DNA from: an uncultured delta proteobacterium
GTDB taxonomy: Bacteria > Desulfobacterota > Binatia > UBA9968
DNA length: 64,000 nucleotides
Direction: 5' to 3'
Assembly: GCA_963816145.1 (NCBI GenBank)
Contig: CAWFJP010000011.1
Location: 1 to 64,000 of the forward strand
In this document: positions 49,874 to 62,056 of the stretch, one piece after another
Numbering within the stretch: the stretch's first letter is position 1
How the letters are laid out: every line of letters begins with the position of its first letter
Notes under the pieces: model-generated
The model's input: only the letters and a program-made list of their open reading frames with translations
What the model was told of the DNA's origin: nothing
Databases searched by the model: none
Made by a program: the position numbers and the translations under genes

Positions 49874-50644
49874 CTATTTTTGAAACTGCTCCCGCGGAAA
49901 ATTCGCCGTCGCCATCACCCCGCCATCGACGATCAGCGGATGGCCAATGATAAAACTGGAATCGTCGCTGACCAGAAACAACGCCGCCTTCGCCTGATCG
50001 TCGGCGGTGCCGAGACGGCCGGCGAGGTTCTGAAAAGTTCGGCTGCCCGTCACGTCGTCATCGTAACCCACCGGCGAACCGGAACGGTTCGGCACGATGC
50101 AATTGACGCGAATGCCGTATTCGGCAAGCTGCACCGCCATGGCGCGCGTCATGTTGATCACGCCGGCTTTGGCGGCCGCGTACGCGATGCCGTCGAAACG
50201 GCCAACCAACCCCGAGGTCGAACCGAAATTCAAAACTTTGCCGCCGCGCCCTTGGTTCTTCATCTGCACGGCGACATACTTGGTCACCAAATACGGACCC
50301 TTCAAGCTCACCGCAATGACCTTGTCGAACTCTTCTTCGGTGCTGTCGAAAATATTGGCGTGATCGGTCAGCGCCGCGTTATTGACGAGGATATCGATGC
50401 CGCCGAACTTGGCCACGGCGTCTTTTACCATGCGCTGCACGTCCGCCGACTTGGACACATCGCCCAAAACCAGCGCTGCCTGGCCGCCGGACTTATTGAT
50501 CTCGTCAACCACCGCTTGGCCGCGCCCTTCGTGCATCTCGGCGACAATGATCTTCGCCCCTTCAATTGCAAAAAGTTTGGCCATCGCCTTGCCGATGTTT
50601 CTCCCGGCCCCGGTAATCAGCGCCACTTGATCTTTGAGTTTCAT
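49874..50644 (-). CDS. Short-chain dehydrogenase/reductase
   Basis: TGAGRNIG, LVNNAA, YAAAK. Confidence 0.92.
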   Translation of the reverse strand: MKLKDQVALITGAGRNIGKAMAKLFAIEGAKIIVAEMHEGRGQAVVDEINKSGGQAALVLGDVSKSADVQRMVKDAVAKFGGIDILVNNAALTDHANIFDSTEEEFDKVIAVSLKGPYLVTKYVAVQMKNQGRGGKVLNFGSTSGLVGRFDGIAYAAAKAGVINMTRAMAVQLAEYGIRVNCIVPNRSGSPVGYDDDVTGSRTFQNLAGRLGTADDQAKAALFLVSDDSSFIIGHPLIVDGGVMATANFPREQFQK

Positions 50645-50787
50645 GACTTGAATTCCCTTCTACCCAATCAATTTTTAACCGAGACTATCCGTCCATCGCA
50701 CAGTCTGTCAACGGCGACGACCCAATCTGGAATATGTAATCTGAAATTTGCAATACGTGACGCGCGCGCGTGCACCGCCACGTCAGG

Positions 50788-51336
50788 TCAAATCTTCAGA
50801 TCGTCCGGCGGCGTTGCCGTGTAGACATCGAAGGTGTTGAGCGTGCAGGCGAGCATCGCATAGTAGCCCACCGTCGCCGTCAATTCGACCATGCCCTTGT
50901 CGCCGAAGCGGCCATAGATCGCTTGAAACGTCGGTTCACTCACGCGGTGGGCGTGAATCATCTCACGCACGAAGCTGACGATTTGGGCGTCTTCGGAGGA
51001 AAATGTTTCAACGGCTTTTTTCTCGTAGACGCCGCGAATCGTCGCCATGGGAATGCCGGCCTTCTCGCCATGACCGACATGGGCCGCCCATTCATGCTTG
51101 CAGTCAAGCTCGCGCGCCGCCACCAGCGCGGTAAACTCAACGACCTTGTGATCCAAGGTCGATTCAAAACGCACGTAGCTGCCCAGATGCATCGTGCGAT
51201 AGGCCATCTCCGGACTATGCAACAGCGCCTTCCACGGCCCCCCCACCACACCGCGGCTCTGCGCGATGGTGTCGTAGATTTTCTGATCTTCGGGTTTCAG
51301 GTCTTCTTTCTTATCGATCGTTGCAATGCGTGCCAT
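50788..51336 (-). CDS. Carboxymuconolactone decarboxylase (CMD)-like protein
   Basis: GPWKALLHSP, ARELDCKHEWAAH, VELTATVGYY. Confidence 0.85.
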   Translation of the reverse strand: MARIATIDKKEDLKPEDQKIYDTIAQSRGVVGGPWKALLHSPEMAYRTMHLGSYVRFESTLDHKVVEFTALVAARELDCKHEWAAHVGHGEKAGIPMATIRGVYEKKAVETFSSEDAQIVSFVREMIHAHRVSEPTFQAIYGRFGDKGMVELTATVGYYAMLACTLNTFDVYTATPPDDLKI

Positions 51337-51354
51337 AAATCTCTCCTATCGGTC

Positions 51355-52483
51355 TTATGCGAGTTTTTCTTTCAACCACTGCGTCACGATGCCGACCACT
51401 TCGTCGTTCGACTGCCCCTTCTTCCGCCCCATATGGCCAGCGCCGGCGATGATGCGCAAATCCTTCGGGCTACCGTGCTCCGCCAGTAAGTATAAATCGC
51501 TGATCGGATGCTGGTCGTCATCTTTACCGTTGATGCACAAGAGCGGCGCGCAGGGCTGGTCGAGCAAACCTTGCGCCACCAGCGACAAGGTCGGCGCGAT
51601 TTTGAGAACTTCTGCCAAGCTCTTCACGCCAAAAATATACGACCTCGCGTCGAGCAAACTCGCCGGCCCCATCAAATATTGCGATGCGGTTAACGTCAGT
51701 GCCGGACGCAGCCACTCTTCTTGAAAGGTCCTGTGTACGCCGGCGCCCCAGTTGACTGCGCCGCGCAGCCGTTTCGGTTCGGTATGCGCCAGTTTGGCGG
51801 CCCAGTAGCCGCCGAAGCTGCCGCCCATGCAGGCGATCCGTCTTCCATCGATGTCGGCGCGCGTCTCGAGATAATCCATCGCCGCGGAGAAAGTTCGCTC
51901 AGCTTTGGGCTCCTGGCCCAAGCAAGGATTCTCCCCGGTGCCTGGAATGTCGAGTGTGAAACAGGCGATGCCCAGCTCGAGCAGGACATCGTTGTTGGTC
52001 CGGCGGTCTTCCTTCCAGCCGTCGACGCCGCCCCAATGCATGACCACCGGCGGCCGATGGACGCCCTTTGGGCACCTGCAGGTAGCCGACAACTTTTTTA
52101 CCTTCGAAGGGAATCTCGCAACGCTCCAACAGCGGGTCCATATAGCGCGCGGCTTTGAGAAAGGTCCGCAACGCGCCTTTGTAACATGTCATTTTCTCCG
52201 GGCTGCTTGGCACCGGATAACGGCCGATGCGGTAATACTCATAGGCGAGATAGAAAGTTTCACCGGCTGTTTTTTTCTTGCCCTGCTTCTCTTGTTCATC
52301 GCCCAGCTCCTCGTACTTAGCGCCGAACTTACCCCACTCGCGCCCCCACAGGTCCGAATCCAGACTGGTGAGACTCTTCAGAACCTGATCGACATCTTCT
52401 TTCCTCACCCGCTCGAACGGATTGATCCGTCCGGCGCGATGAGCGATGTCCGCGGTGATTTCTTCGAGGGTCTTTTCCGCCAT
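51355..52483 (-). CDS. Alpha/beta hydrolase (FrsA / 2,6-dihydroxypseudooxynicotine hydrolase-like), one frameshift at ~52068
   Basis: N-part 51899..52483 (YYRIGRYP, EIPFEGKKVVGYL) joins 51355..52092 (GGVDGWKED, DIPGTGE, GGSFGG) at cccaaaggg. Confidence 0.8.
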
Positions 52484-52549
52484 GTGGTTACTTTTGTGAT
52501 TTCCGCATCCTAGGAATCGCGGATAACCGAATTAACAGAAACTGTCGGA

Positions 52550-53602
52550 CTAACGCAACCCCCGCAGGCGCGGATCGAGCACTTCGCGCAAGCCCTCGCC
52601 GACGAGATAGTAAGCAAGCACGGTGATGAAGATGGCAAAGCCGGGGAAGACTGCCAACCACCAGGCGTAAGTGGTGGTGCTGGCTTCGTGCAGAATCGAT
52701 CCCCAAGTGACTAATTCCGCCGGCACGCCGATGCCGAGAAAGCTCAAACTCGACTCGACCAGGATCGCTCCGGCAATGCCGAGCACGACGGAGACAATCA
52801 CCGGCGCCAGCGCATTGGGCAGGATATGTTTGAACATCACCTTGCGGTCGGTGCTCCCAAGGGCGATCGCCGAGGTGACGTAATCCAAATTGCGAATCTT
52901 GAGAAACTCGTTGCGCGTAAAGCGCGCGATGCCAACCCAGCTGGTCGCGCCGATAATGAACATCGTGAGGAAAATGCTCGGCGGCAAAAGCGCGGCGATG
53001 GTGATCAAGAGAAAAAATGTCGGGATCGACAGCATGATCTCGAACAGGCGGGAAATCACCAGGTCGACCCAAGCGCCGAAATAGCCGGCGATCGCGCCCA
53101 AGACCACGCCGATCACGACGGCGATACCGACGGCAACGAATCCAATGGAAAGAGAAATCCGCGAACCATGTATCATGCCGGCCATGACATCGCGGCCGAG
53201 CTTGTCAGTGCCAAACCAATGGCGCCCGGATGGCGGTTCCAGGGGCTCCAACAGATTGATGTTACTCGGACGATAGGGAATCGGCGGGAAAAAGGATTGC
53301 GCGCCTTCAAGCTTTTTGAATTCAACATTCAACAGTTCCGCGGGCCACTTGCCGAACTTCATCCCGACCCAGTAACTGCGAAACACGGGAAAATAAGATT
53401 TACCTTTGTACTGGGTATAGTAAGGCTTATCGTTGGCGATAAAGTCGGCGAACAATGCCATGAAAACAAACACACAAACCACGTAGAAGCCGGTGAGCGC
53501 GATCGAATTGCGCTTGAAACGGCGCCACACATCGGACCACAATCCGCCGGTTTCACCGGGTTCCGTCGCCGTCTCGAGTGTTGACGAATTTGTCGATGCC
53601 AT
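52550..53602 (-). CDS. dppC: Peptide ABC permease (DppC/OppC)
   Basis: HWFGTDKLGRD, KHILPN, ESSLSFLGIG, LREVLDPR. Confidence 0.92.
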   Translation of the reverse strand: MASTNSSTLETATEPGETGGLWSDVWRRFKRNSIALTGFYVVCVFVFMALFADFIANDKPYYTQYKGKSYFPVFRSYWVGMKFGKWPAELLNVEFKKLEGAQSFFPPIPYRPSNINLLEPLEPPSGRHWFGTDKLGRDVMAGMIHGSRISLSIGFVAVGIAVVIGVVLGAIAGYFGAWVDLVISRLFEIMLSIPTFFLLITIAALLPPSIFLTMFIIGATSWVGIARFTRNEFLKIRNLDYVTSAIALGSTDRKVMFKHILPNALAPVIVSVVLGIAGAILVESSLSFLGIGVPAELVTWGSILHEASTTTYAWWLAVFPGFAIFITVLAYYLVGEGLREVLDPRLRGLR

Positions 53603-53617
53603 GTCCGGTGCTTTTGC

Positions 53618-54649
53618 TCACTGCGCCCGGCGGCCGAAGGCGATTCGCGGATCGACCGCAGCTAACAGTAAGTCCGAGATCAGGATGCCGATCAAGGTTA
53701 AAACCGACGTTACGGCAAGCAGCGCCAGCACCACCGGATAGTCGCGCGACAAAACCGACTCGAAACCGAGCTGTCCTAGACCAGGAATGGAAAATATCGT
53801 TTCGATAATCACGCTACCGCCAATCAGTCCGGGCAGGATGGAAGCGAGCAAAGTCACCTGCGGTATCAGCGAGTTTCGCAGAACATGCTTGAAGACCACA
53901 ACGCCTTCTTCCAACCCTTTGGCGCGCGCCACCTGGACGTAATCTTGGCGCAAGACTTCGAGCATGCTGGCACGCATGTAGCGCGAAAGCCCGGCGAACC
54001 CATCATAGGAAAGCAGCACCACCGGTAAGAACAGATGCCACGCATGGTCGGTGAACTTACGCCACCAAGACCAACTTTCCACCGCATCGAGCGACTCTAG
54101 GCCGCCGGGCGGAAACAGATAATAGAAATCGCCGCCGCAAAGAAACACCAAGGACATCGTCGCTGCCCACACCAACGGCACGGCGAAAAGAACAAAAGCG
54201 ATGAGCGTGGTCGTCTGATCGGTAAGCGAGTTCTGATGCGTCGCCGAATAAATTCCCAGCGGTATCGCCACCAGGTAGACGACGAGCAGGGACCAAAAGT
54301 TGAGCGTCAGAGTCACCGGCAGGCGTTCGGCGATCTTACCCCACACCGGCTGGCTGTCTTTGAATGAATCGCCGAAGCTGAGGGTGAAAATATTCTTGAG
54401 CCAGATCCCGTATTGAAGGTACAGCGGCTTATCGAGGCCATATTGGGCGCGCCACTGCGCCATGGCTTCATCGACAGCGCCCTTTTTATCGACAGAAATG
54501 CCGGCGCCGGCCGCGGCGCCCAAACCGCCAGCCGCGCGCAGTTCCGCCGGATCGCCCGGCGCCAACCGGACAATCAAGAATACAATCAGGGTGATTCCGA
54601 GAAACGTCGGAATCATCAGCAGCACGCGTTGGAGAAAGTAAGCGGTCAT
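53618..54649 (-). CDS. dppB: Peptide ABC permease (DppB/OppB)
   Basis: LAPGDPA, DYVQVARAKGL, ETIFSIPGLG, DPRI. Confidence 0.92.
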   Translation of the reverse strand: MTAYFLQRVLLMIPTFLGITLIVFLIVRLAPGDPAELRAAGGLGAAAGAGISVDKKGAVDEAMAQWRAQYGLDKPLYLQYGIWLKNIFTLSFGDSFKDSQPVWGKIAERLPVTLTLNFWSLLVVYLVAIPLGIYSATHQNSLTDQTTTLIAFVLFAVPLVWAATMSLVFLCGGDFYYLFPPGGLESLDAVESWSWWRKFTDHAWHLFLPVVLLSYDGFAGLSRYMRASMLEVLRQDYVQVARAKGLEEGVVVFKHVLRNSLIPQVTLLASILPGLIGGSVIIETIFSIPGLGQLGFESVLSRDYPVVLALLAVTSVLTLIGILISDLLLAAVDPRIAFGRRAQ

Positions 54650-54661
54650 GAGAATGAAAGG

Positions 54662-56434
54662 CTATTGAGCTGTCAACGTGCTAGCGTATTTCTGTCGAGC
54701 TCCCGGCACCCACCAGTCGGTCGGTTGCAGACCCTTGGGATACACTTCAACGCCGGCAAAGCGCCGCTGCACCACCGACACCCGCTTGCCGATATAAAGA
54801 AACGTGTAGGGCTGCTCTTCGCTCAAGATTCGTTGGAACTCCTTATACATTTCAATCCGTTTTTGCGGATCGAACTCGCGCCGGTAGGATTCCAATATCT
54901 CGTCGACTCGCGAATTTTTGTAGCTGATCGCGTTGGACCCCTTGTTCGCCGCCTGGGAGGAATGCCAAACCTGATAGGCATCGGGTTCGGTCACGCTCAT
55001 CGCCCAGCCGAGAACCACAGCGTCGAAGTTATGATTTTTAACGTCATTCAAGAAGATCGTCCAGTCCAGTTCACGCACGCTGGCAGCGATACCGTGCTTT
55101 TTAAGTTCGTCGAGCAATACCAAGGCGACACTCTTGCGCACCGCGTTGCCCGAGTTCACCTTGATTTCGAATCGCAGCGGTATCCTCCTCCCGTCGATTT
55201 CCTTATCGAGAATGCCGTCGCCGTCACTGTCGCGCCAGCCGGCTTGGTTGAGCAGTTCCACGGCTTTTTTGGGATCGAATGGATAACTGACAAGAGCCCT
55301 ATCGTACTCGGGCCGGAATAAATAAATAGGACTATCGACCACTTCGCCCAGGCCGAAGAGCACCGATTTGACGATTTGACGACGATCGGTGAAATACGTC
55401 ATCGCCTGGCGCACCCTTTTGTCGCGAAATATCGGATGGTCGTTGTTCCAACCGATATACGTGTAAGTTGGCGCGTAATATTCGTAGGTTTGAAACTCTT
55501 GCTTGAATCTTTGACTGCTGGTGCCGCGCACATACTGCACCGGCTGCAAACCCTCGATGAAGTCCAAGCTGCCGCTTTTAAGTCGAATCAGTGCCGCATC
55601 GGCGTTATTGATAATGCGGAACTTCAGCCGATCGAGGTAAACTTGATCGATGCCGGCTTTGCCGCGCCCCCAATAGTTTTCGTCGCGGATTAACTCAACC
55701 TCGCGGCCGGTTTTCCAGCTGGCAAACTTGAACGGCCCGCTCCCCATCGGGTTACGGCTGTTGTTCTTGTTGAACTGGTCGCCGAACTGCCTTACCTCCG
55801 GGGGAAGCTTCTGTGGATCTTGCGCCAGTTGCTTGACCGAAACCCGCGCCAAAAGATTCTCGGGATCATAATAATGCCGCGGTAATACCGTAATGCCGCC
55901 GAGCACACTTTCATTGAGAAAGTACGGCTCCTTGGTCAGAAAGCGAATCGTGTACGGATCGATCAGTTCGGCGTCGATGAGAGAGTTGAAATAGACCCGC
56001 AGGAACGGCGCGTTGACGAAGGGACATTTGATCGCCTTCACGCTAAACAAAACGTCCTCGCCGGTCACCGGTCGACCGTCTTGAAAATGCGCGTCTTTAC
56101 GAATCTTGAACGTGTAACTCAGATGGTCCTGGGAAACTTCCGGACGCGTCTCGGCGATCACCGGTTTGAACGCCAAAGTACGCGGGTCGCGCGATAGCAG
56201 TCCTTCAAAGATCAGTTCGAGAATATCGCTTGATGCCGAATCGTTGCTGGTTAGGGGGTTGAGCTGCTCGGGATCGCTGAGACTATGCATTACCAGCCAG
56301 TCCCCGGTCACCGGCTTGCCCGGGTCTGGTTTGCTCACCACCGGTTTGACGTCGGTGACTTTAACTTCGGTCTTGTCGCCACAGCCGAGGACAAGCAGCA
56401 GCGCAAGGATTAGGCGCCAGCTCTTCGCACGCAT
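54662..56434 (-). CDS. Family 5 peptide-binding lipoprotein
   Basis: Lipobox VLGC, FQDGRPVTGEDV, PMGSGPFKF, DKRVRQAM. Confidence 0.92.
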   Translation of the reverse strand: MRAKSWRLILALLLVLGCGDKTEVKVTDVKPVVSKPDPGKPVTGDWLVMHSLSDPEQLNPLTSNDSASSDILELIFEGLLSRDPRTLAFKPVIAETRPEVSQDHLSYTFKIRKDAHFQDGRPVTGEDVLFSVKAIKCPFVNAPFLRVYFNSLIDAELIDPYTIRFLTKEPYFLNESVLGGITVLPRHYYDPENLLARVSVKQLAQDPQKLPPEVRQFGDQFNKNNSRNPMGSGPFKFASWKTGREVELIRDENYWGRGKAGIDQVYLDRLKFRIINNADAALIRLKSGSLDFIEGLQPVQYVRGTSSQRFKQEFQTYEYYAPTYTYIGWNNDHPIFRDKRVRQAMTYFTDRRQIVKSVLFGLGEVVDSPIYLFRPEYDRALVSYPFDPKKAVELLNQAGWRDSDGDGILDKEIDGRRIPLRFEIKVNSGNAVRKSVALVLLDELKKHGIAASVRELDWTIFLNDVKNHNFDAVVLGWAMSVTEPDAYQVWHSSQAANKGSNAISYKNSRVDEILESYRREFDPQKRIEMYKEFQRILSEEQPYTFLYIGKRVSVVQRRFAGVEVYPKGLQPTDWWVPGARQKYASTLTAQ

Positions 56435-56437
56435 AGA

Positions 56438-57259
56438 TCAACTGCCGATGATTTCGATGGGGAATTCTTGGACGTGGGGTGGTTTCTGCTGGGAAAACGA
56501 TTCGGCGGGGAGCGTCGCGTTAAACTCGGGCTCCTGGAAGCGAATCTCCAACTTCTTGCCTTGCAGCGGTGCCTCGATATTGATCGTGGATGGAAACAAG
56601 CCGGCTGACGTCGTGATGTAGTCGGAGAAGCGCGCAGTCAATTCTAGCGCGCCGCCGCCATTGAAGCGCTGCCATTGGGTCGGCACCGGCAATTGCGATT
56701 CGAACGTCAGGCTGTCTTTCATCCGGCCATTGGCTGAAAAGATTAGCGAGTTGCCTTCTTGGCGCCAAGACGCCGACGGCTCAACCGGCGGCAGGCCCAG
56801 CAGCAGCGCCGTGATCTCGTTGAGCTCCAGGGGGATCTGGGTAAGGCGCAATAAGTTTTCTTTGGAACTGCGGCCGCGCACCAGCACCCCTTCGCGCGGG
56901 TGGTAGCCTATTATCTCCTGGTCGTTGGCTGTGACGATCAGGATCGCTCCCAACAATGTCAGCGTTTCCAAACGCAGACGATCGGGCCGCTGGACCAACA
57001 CCGCTTCTTCGAAACCATGCTTACCCTCCGGGCCGGCGTAATTGACCCGAGCCAACGCGCGCACCGAGCGGAACTGTTGGCGACGTTGACCGATCGATTC
57101 GATCAACTTGCCCGACTCCCACTGGGGCACCGGTAGTTGCGGCAGGATCGGGGGTTTGGCAGTGGTCGAACAACCTATGGCGACAAATGCCAGAATGGCG
57201 AGCACAGCGTTGGCGGCGGACGGATAAGCCGTGCCAGCGCTGCGGGCGAGGACGATCAA
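56438..57259 (-). CDS. LolB/DUF4292-like lipoprotein
   Basis: Lipobox AIGC, RPDRLRLE, beta-rich LolA/LolB-like pattern; overlaps the TPR gene stop. Confidence 0.6.
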   Translation of the reverse strand: MIVLARSAGTAYPSAANAVLAILAFVAIGCSTTAKPPILPQLPVPQWESGKLIESIGQRRQQFRSVRALARVNYAGPEGKHGFEEAVLVQRPDRLRLETLTLLGAILIVTANDQEIIGYHPREGVLVRGRSSKENLLRLTQIPLELNEITALLLGLPPVEPSASWRQEGNSLIFSANGRMKDSLTFESQLPVPTQWQRFNGGGALELTARFSDYITTSAGLFPSTINIEAPLQGKKLEIRFQEPEFNATLPAESFSQQKPPHVQEFPIEIIGS

Positions 57260-59028
57260 ATCCTTTTCTCCAGCCGCTGGATTTTTTCGCGCACGCGCTT
57301 GGTCTGCTCAGAATCTTTGGAAAGTTTGAGCGATTCGCGGTAGCGCGCCACAGCGCGGTCGGTCCGGCCGGCCTTTTCGTAGGCATCGCCCAGATGTTCG
57401 ATGATCGTCGGATCGTCCACCGTGAGCTCCACGGCGCGTTCAAGCTGCTCGACGGCGCGCGGGTAATCGCCCTTCTGATAATAAACCCAACCCAAGCTGT
57501 CGATGTAGAAGCCGTCGTTGGGCGCGATCTTGAGCGCCCGTGCGATCAAATCTTCCGCTTCGTCGAGCTGCACCCCCATCTCAGCCCAGGTGTAGCCCAA
57601 GTAGTTGAGGGCCGGCGCGTTCTTGGGATTGAGCTCGATGGCTTTCTTCATGCTGGCGATGGATTTGTCTTTAACTTTGCTCTCATCGTAGAGCGCGCCT
57701 AGTTGAAAATGCGCCTCGTCGTTCTTGGGATCGAGTGCGACGACCCGTTCCATCGACTGAATCGCCCGAGGAAAGTCCTTGGTCTTACGGTACAGCGCGC
57801 TTAGATAAGCATGGATTTCTTTGCGGTCGTTGAGTTTCTTGATAACCGTCTGCAAAATCTCGATGGCTTTGGCGGTTTGCTCTTTGCGCTCGTAGAGTTG
57901 CGCCGCCTGCACCCTGGCATCGGCGTAGAACTCGCTCTTCTCGGAAATCCGCTCGAACGCTTCCAACGCCTTGTCGTTGGCTTTCAGCTCGATATAAGTG
58001 GCGGCGAGATAATAACGCGCCCGGTCGTTTTCGGGATCGCCGGCGAGGACCAGATTAAACTCGGTGGCAGCCCGGTCGTAATCGCCCTTCTCGAAGGAGA
58101 TCAAACCGATCCTGATGCGGGTATCGCGCGGATCGGTTTCCGACCCCTCCAAACGCTCAAACTGGCGCAACGCTTCGTCGAGCTTATTCTGACCGACATA
58201 GAGCTCGCCCAAGCGGCGGCGCGACCATACATGCTGCGGATTGACTTGCAGTAGCCGCTGGTAGGTCTGTATGGCGTCTTCGGTCTTGCCTTCGAGCTCA
58301 TAGACCAACGCCAAGTCCATCAACACCGCTTCCGACTTAGGATTGAGCTCCAAAGCTTTGCGAAAGCTCTGCTCGGCGCCGAGATAGAGCTTGCTCTTGG
58401 CGCGCACCCGGCCGAGATAATAATGGCCCAGGGCGGAGTTGTCGTCGAGTTTGAGCAACTCATCTAAACGCTGGGTTGCCCGCGCGAGATCGTCGACTTG
58501 CAGGTATAAGGCCCCGGCATAGAGCAGCGCTTCCTGGTTCTTCGGATCGAGCTTCAAGACCTCGTTGTATTCCGCCAGCCCCTTTTGATTGTCGCCGACC
58601 GCGGAATAAAGCCCCGCCAGGAGCAAATGGTAGTCGACGCTCTTGGGTTCCAACCTGGCCGCCGACTCCGCCGCGCCCATCGCCTTTTTTAGATCGCCGC
58701 GGCGCAGATAGAGCTGCGCCAAGCGGAAATGTAAAAAGCCGTCCGTGGGACTGGCCTGCGTCGCGGCCTCGAATTCTTTCAGAGCCGGCTCGAACTCACC
58801 ATCGATAAGCAGTAATTGGCCTTTGAGAAAATGATTGAAAGCACTAGCCTCGTCGGGAATGACAGCTTTGGTATCCTTGCTGAAAGGCCCTTCGGGGGAC
58901 CAGACCAAGCCGTCGGGAGGCAGTTGGTGATCAGGTACCGCCGTCGCGCAACCGGACAGTAAGACCAGCAAAAGAGCTGCCCGAAAGCCACGTGTACCCA
59001 TCACTGGAAGGTTTAACACGCTGACCAT
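57256..59028 (-). CDS. TPR-repeat lipoprotein
   Basis: Lipobox LSGC, many TPRs, ALNYLGYTWAE, DSLGWVYY, EHLGDAY. Confidence 0.9.
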   Translation of the reverse strand: MVSVLNLPVMGTRGFRAALLLVLLSGCATAVPDHQLPPDGLVWSPEGPFSKDTKAVIPDEASAFNHFLKGQLLLIDGEFEPALKEFEAATQASPTDGFLHFRLAQLYLRRGDLKKAMGAAESAARLEPKSVDYHLLLAGLYSAVGDNQKGLAEYNEVLKLDPKNQEALLYAGALYLQVDDLARATQRLDELLKLDDNSALGHYYLGRVRAKSKLYLGAEQSFRKALELNPKSEAVLMDLALVYELEGKTEDAIQTYQRLLQVNPQHVWSRRRLGELYVGQNKLDEALRQFERLEGSETDPRDTRIRIGLISFEKGDYDRAATEFNLVLAGDPENDRARYYLAATYIELKANDKALEAFERISEKSEFYADARVQAAQLYERKEQTAKAIEILQTVIKKLNDRKEIHAYLSALYRKTKDFPRAIQSMERVVALDPKNDEAHFQLGALYDESKVKDKSIASMKKAIELNPKNAPALNYLGYTWAEMGVQLDEAEDLIARALKIAPNDGFYIDSLGWVYYQKGDYPRAVEQLERAVELTVDDPTIIEHLGDAYEKAGRTDRAVARYRESLKLSKDSEQTKRVREKIQRLEKRI

Positions 59029-59081
59029 AGGGGGTCAATGTAGCGCGGCCATGCCTTCATTCGCCGCGTCAACTATGCTAA

Positions 59082-61468
<2,387 letters not shown>

Positions 61469-61608
61469 CTTGCCCCTCCTTGTTGGATCAACGCATGCTC
61501 ATCTCAGGATCGACTTAGCCAAAAAGCCAGGCCTCAAACGGGTCTCATGGACGGGAACCTCGCGGCACGCTCTTCGGTAACCCCGGCCCTCCAAAAAAAA
61601 CCGCCGCC

Positions 61609-61638
61609 AGGCTACAAAAGTCGCAGGTCGCTTGTCAA
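61609..61638 (-). promoter_or_regulatory. Sigma70-like promoter for the RRM gene
   Basis: TTGACA-18 bp-TAGCCT. Confidence 0.45.
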
Positions 61639-61759
61639 ATCTTTTAGAACCAACCCACCTTAACCGAAAAAACGGCAATCGCCCGCTCGCGATCTCCGTA
61701 AATACCGCCGTCGTCTTGCCGCGGACGTCTGTCTAGGTTAGAAACTTTGCGAGAAACTT

Positions 61760-62050
61760 ATGACCAATCCGATAGAAACAAGGCGCGTCCACCTCCGCAT
61801 ATCCGGCCGGGTCCAGGGCGTGTATTATCGTGCCTCCATGTTACAGGAGGCGCAGCAGTTAGGTCTCACCGGCTGGGTCATGAATCGTCCCGACGGCTCG
61901 GTGGAAGCGGTGGCGGAAGGCAGCAAGGCGAAACTGGATGAACTTATCGCCTGGTGTCACCGTGGACCTGAAGGCGCGCGGATCGTTGGTGTCGACGCGC
62001 AGTGGCAGAATCCCGATAGCAGTTTTATCGGCTTCGCGATACGGCGGTAG
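61760..62050 (+). CDS. acyP: Acylphosphatase
   Basis: GRVQGVYYR, GWVMNRPDGSVE. Confidence 0.93.
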   Translation: MTNPIETRRVHLRISGRVQGVYYRASMLQEAQQLGLTGWVMNRPDGSVEAVAEGSKAKLDELIAWCHRGPEGARIVGVDAQWQNPDSSFIGFAIRR

Positions 62051-62056
62051 TCAGCG

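Noticed and set aside
52060-52080. Possible programmed frameshift in the hydrolase
   Set aside because: A single extra base in short homopolymers, with no clear slippery heptamer; sequencing error or simple mutation is more likely.
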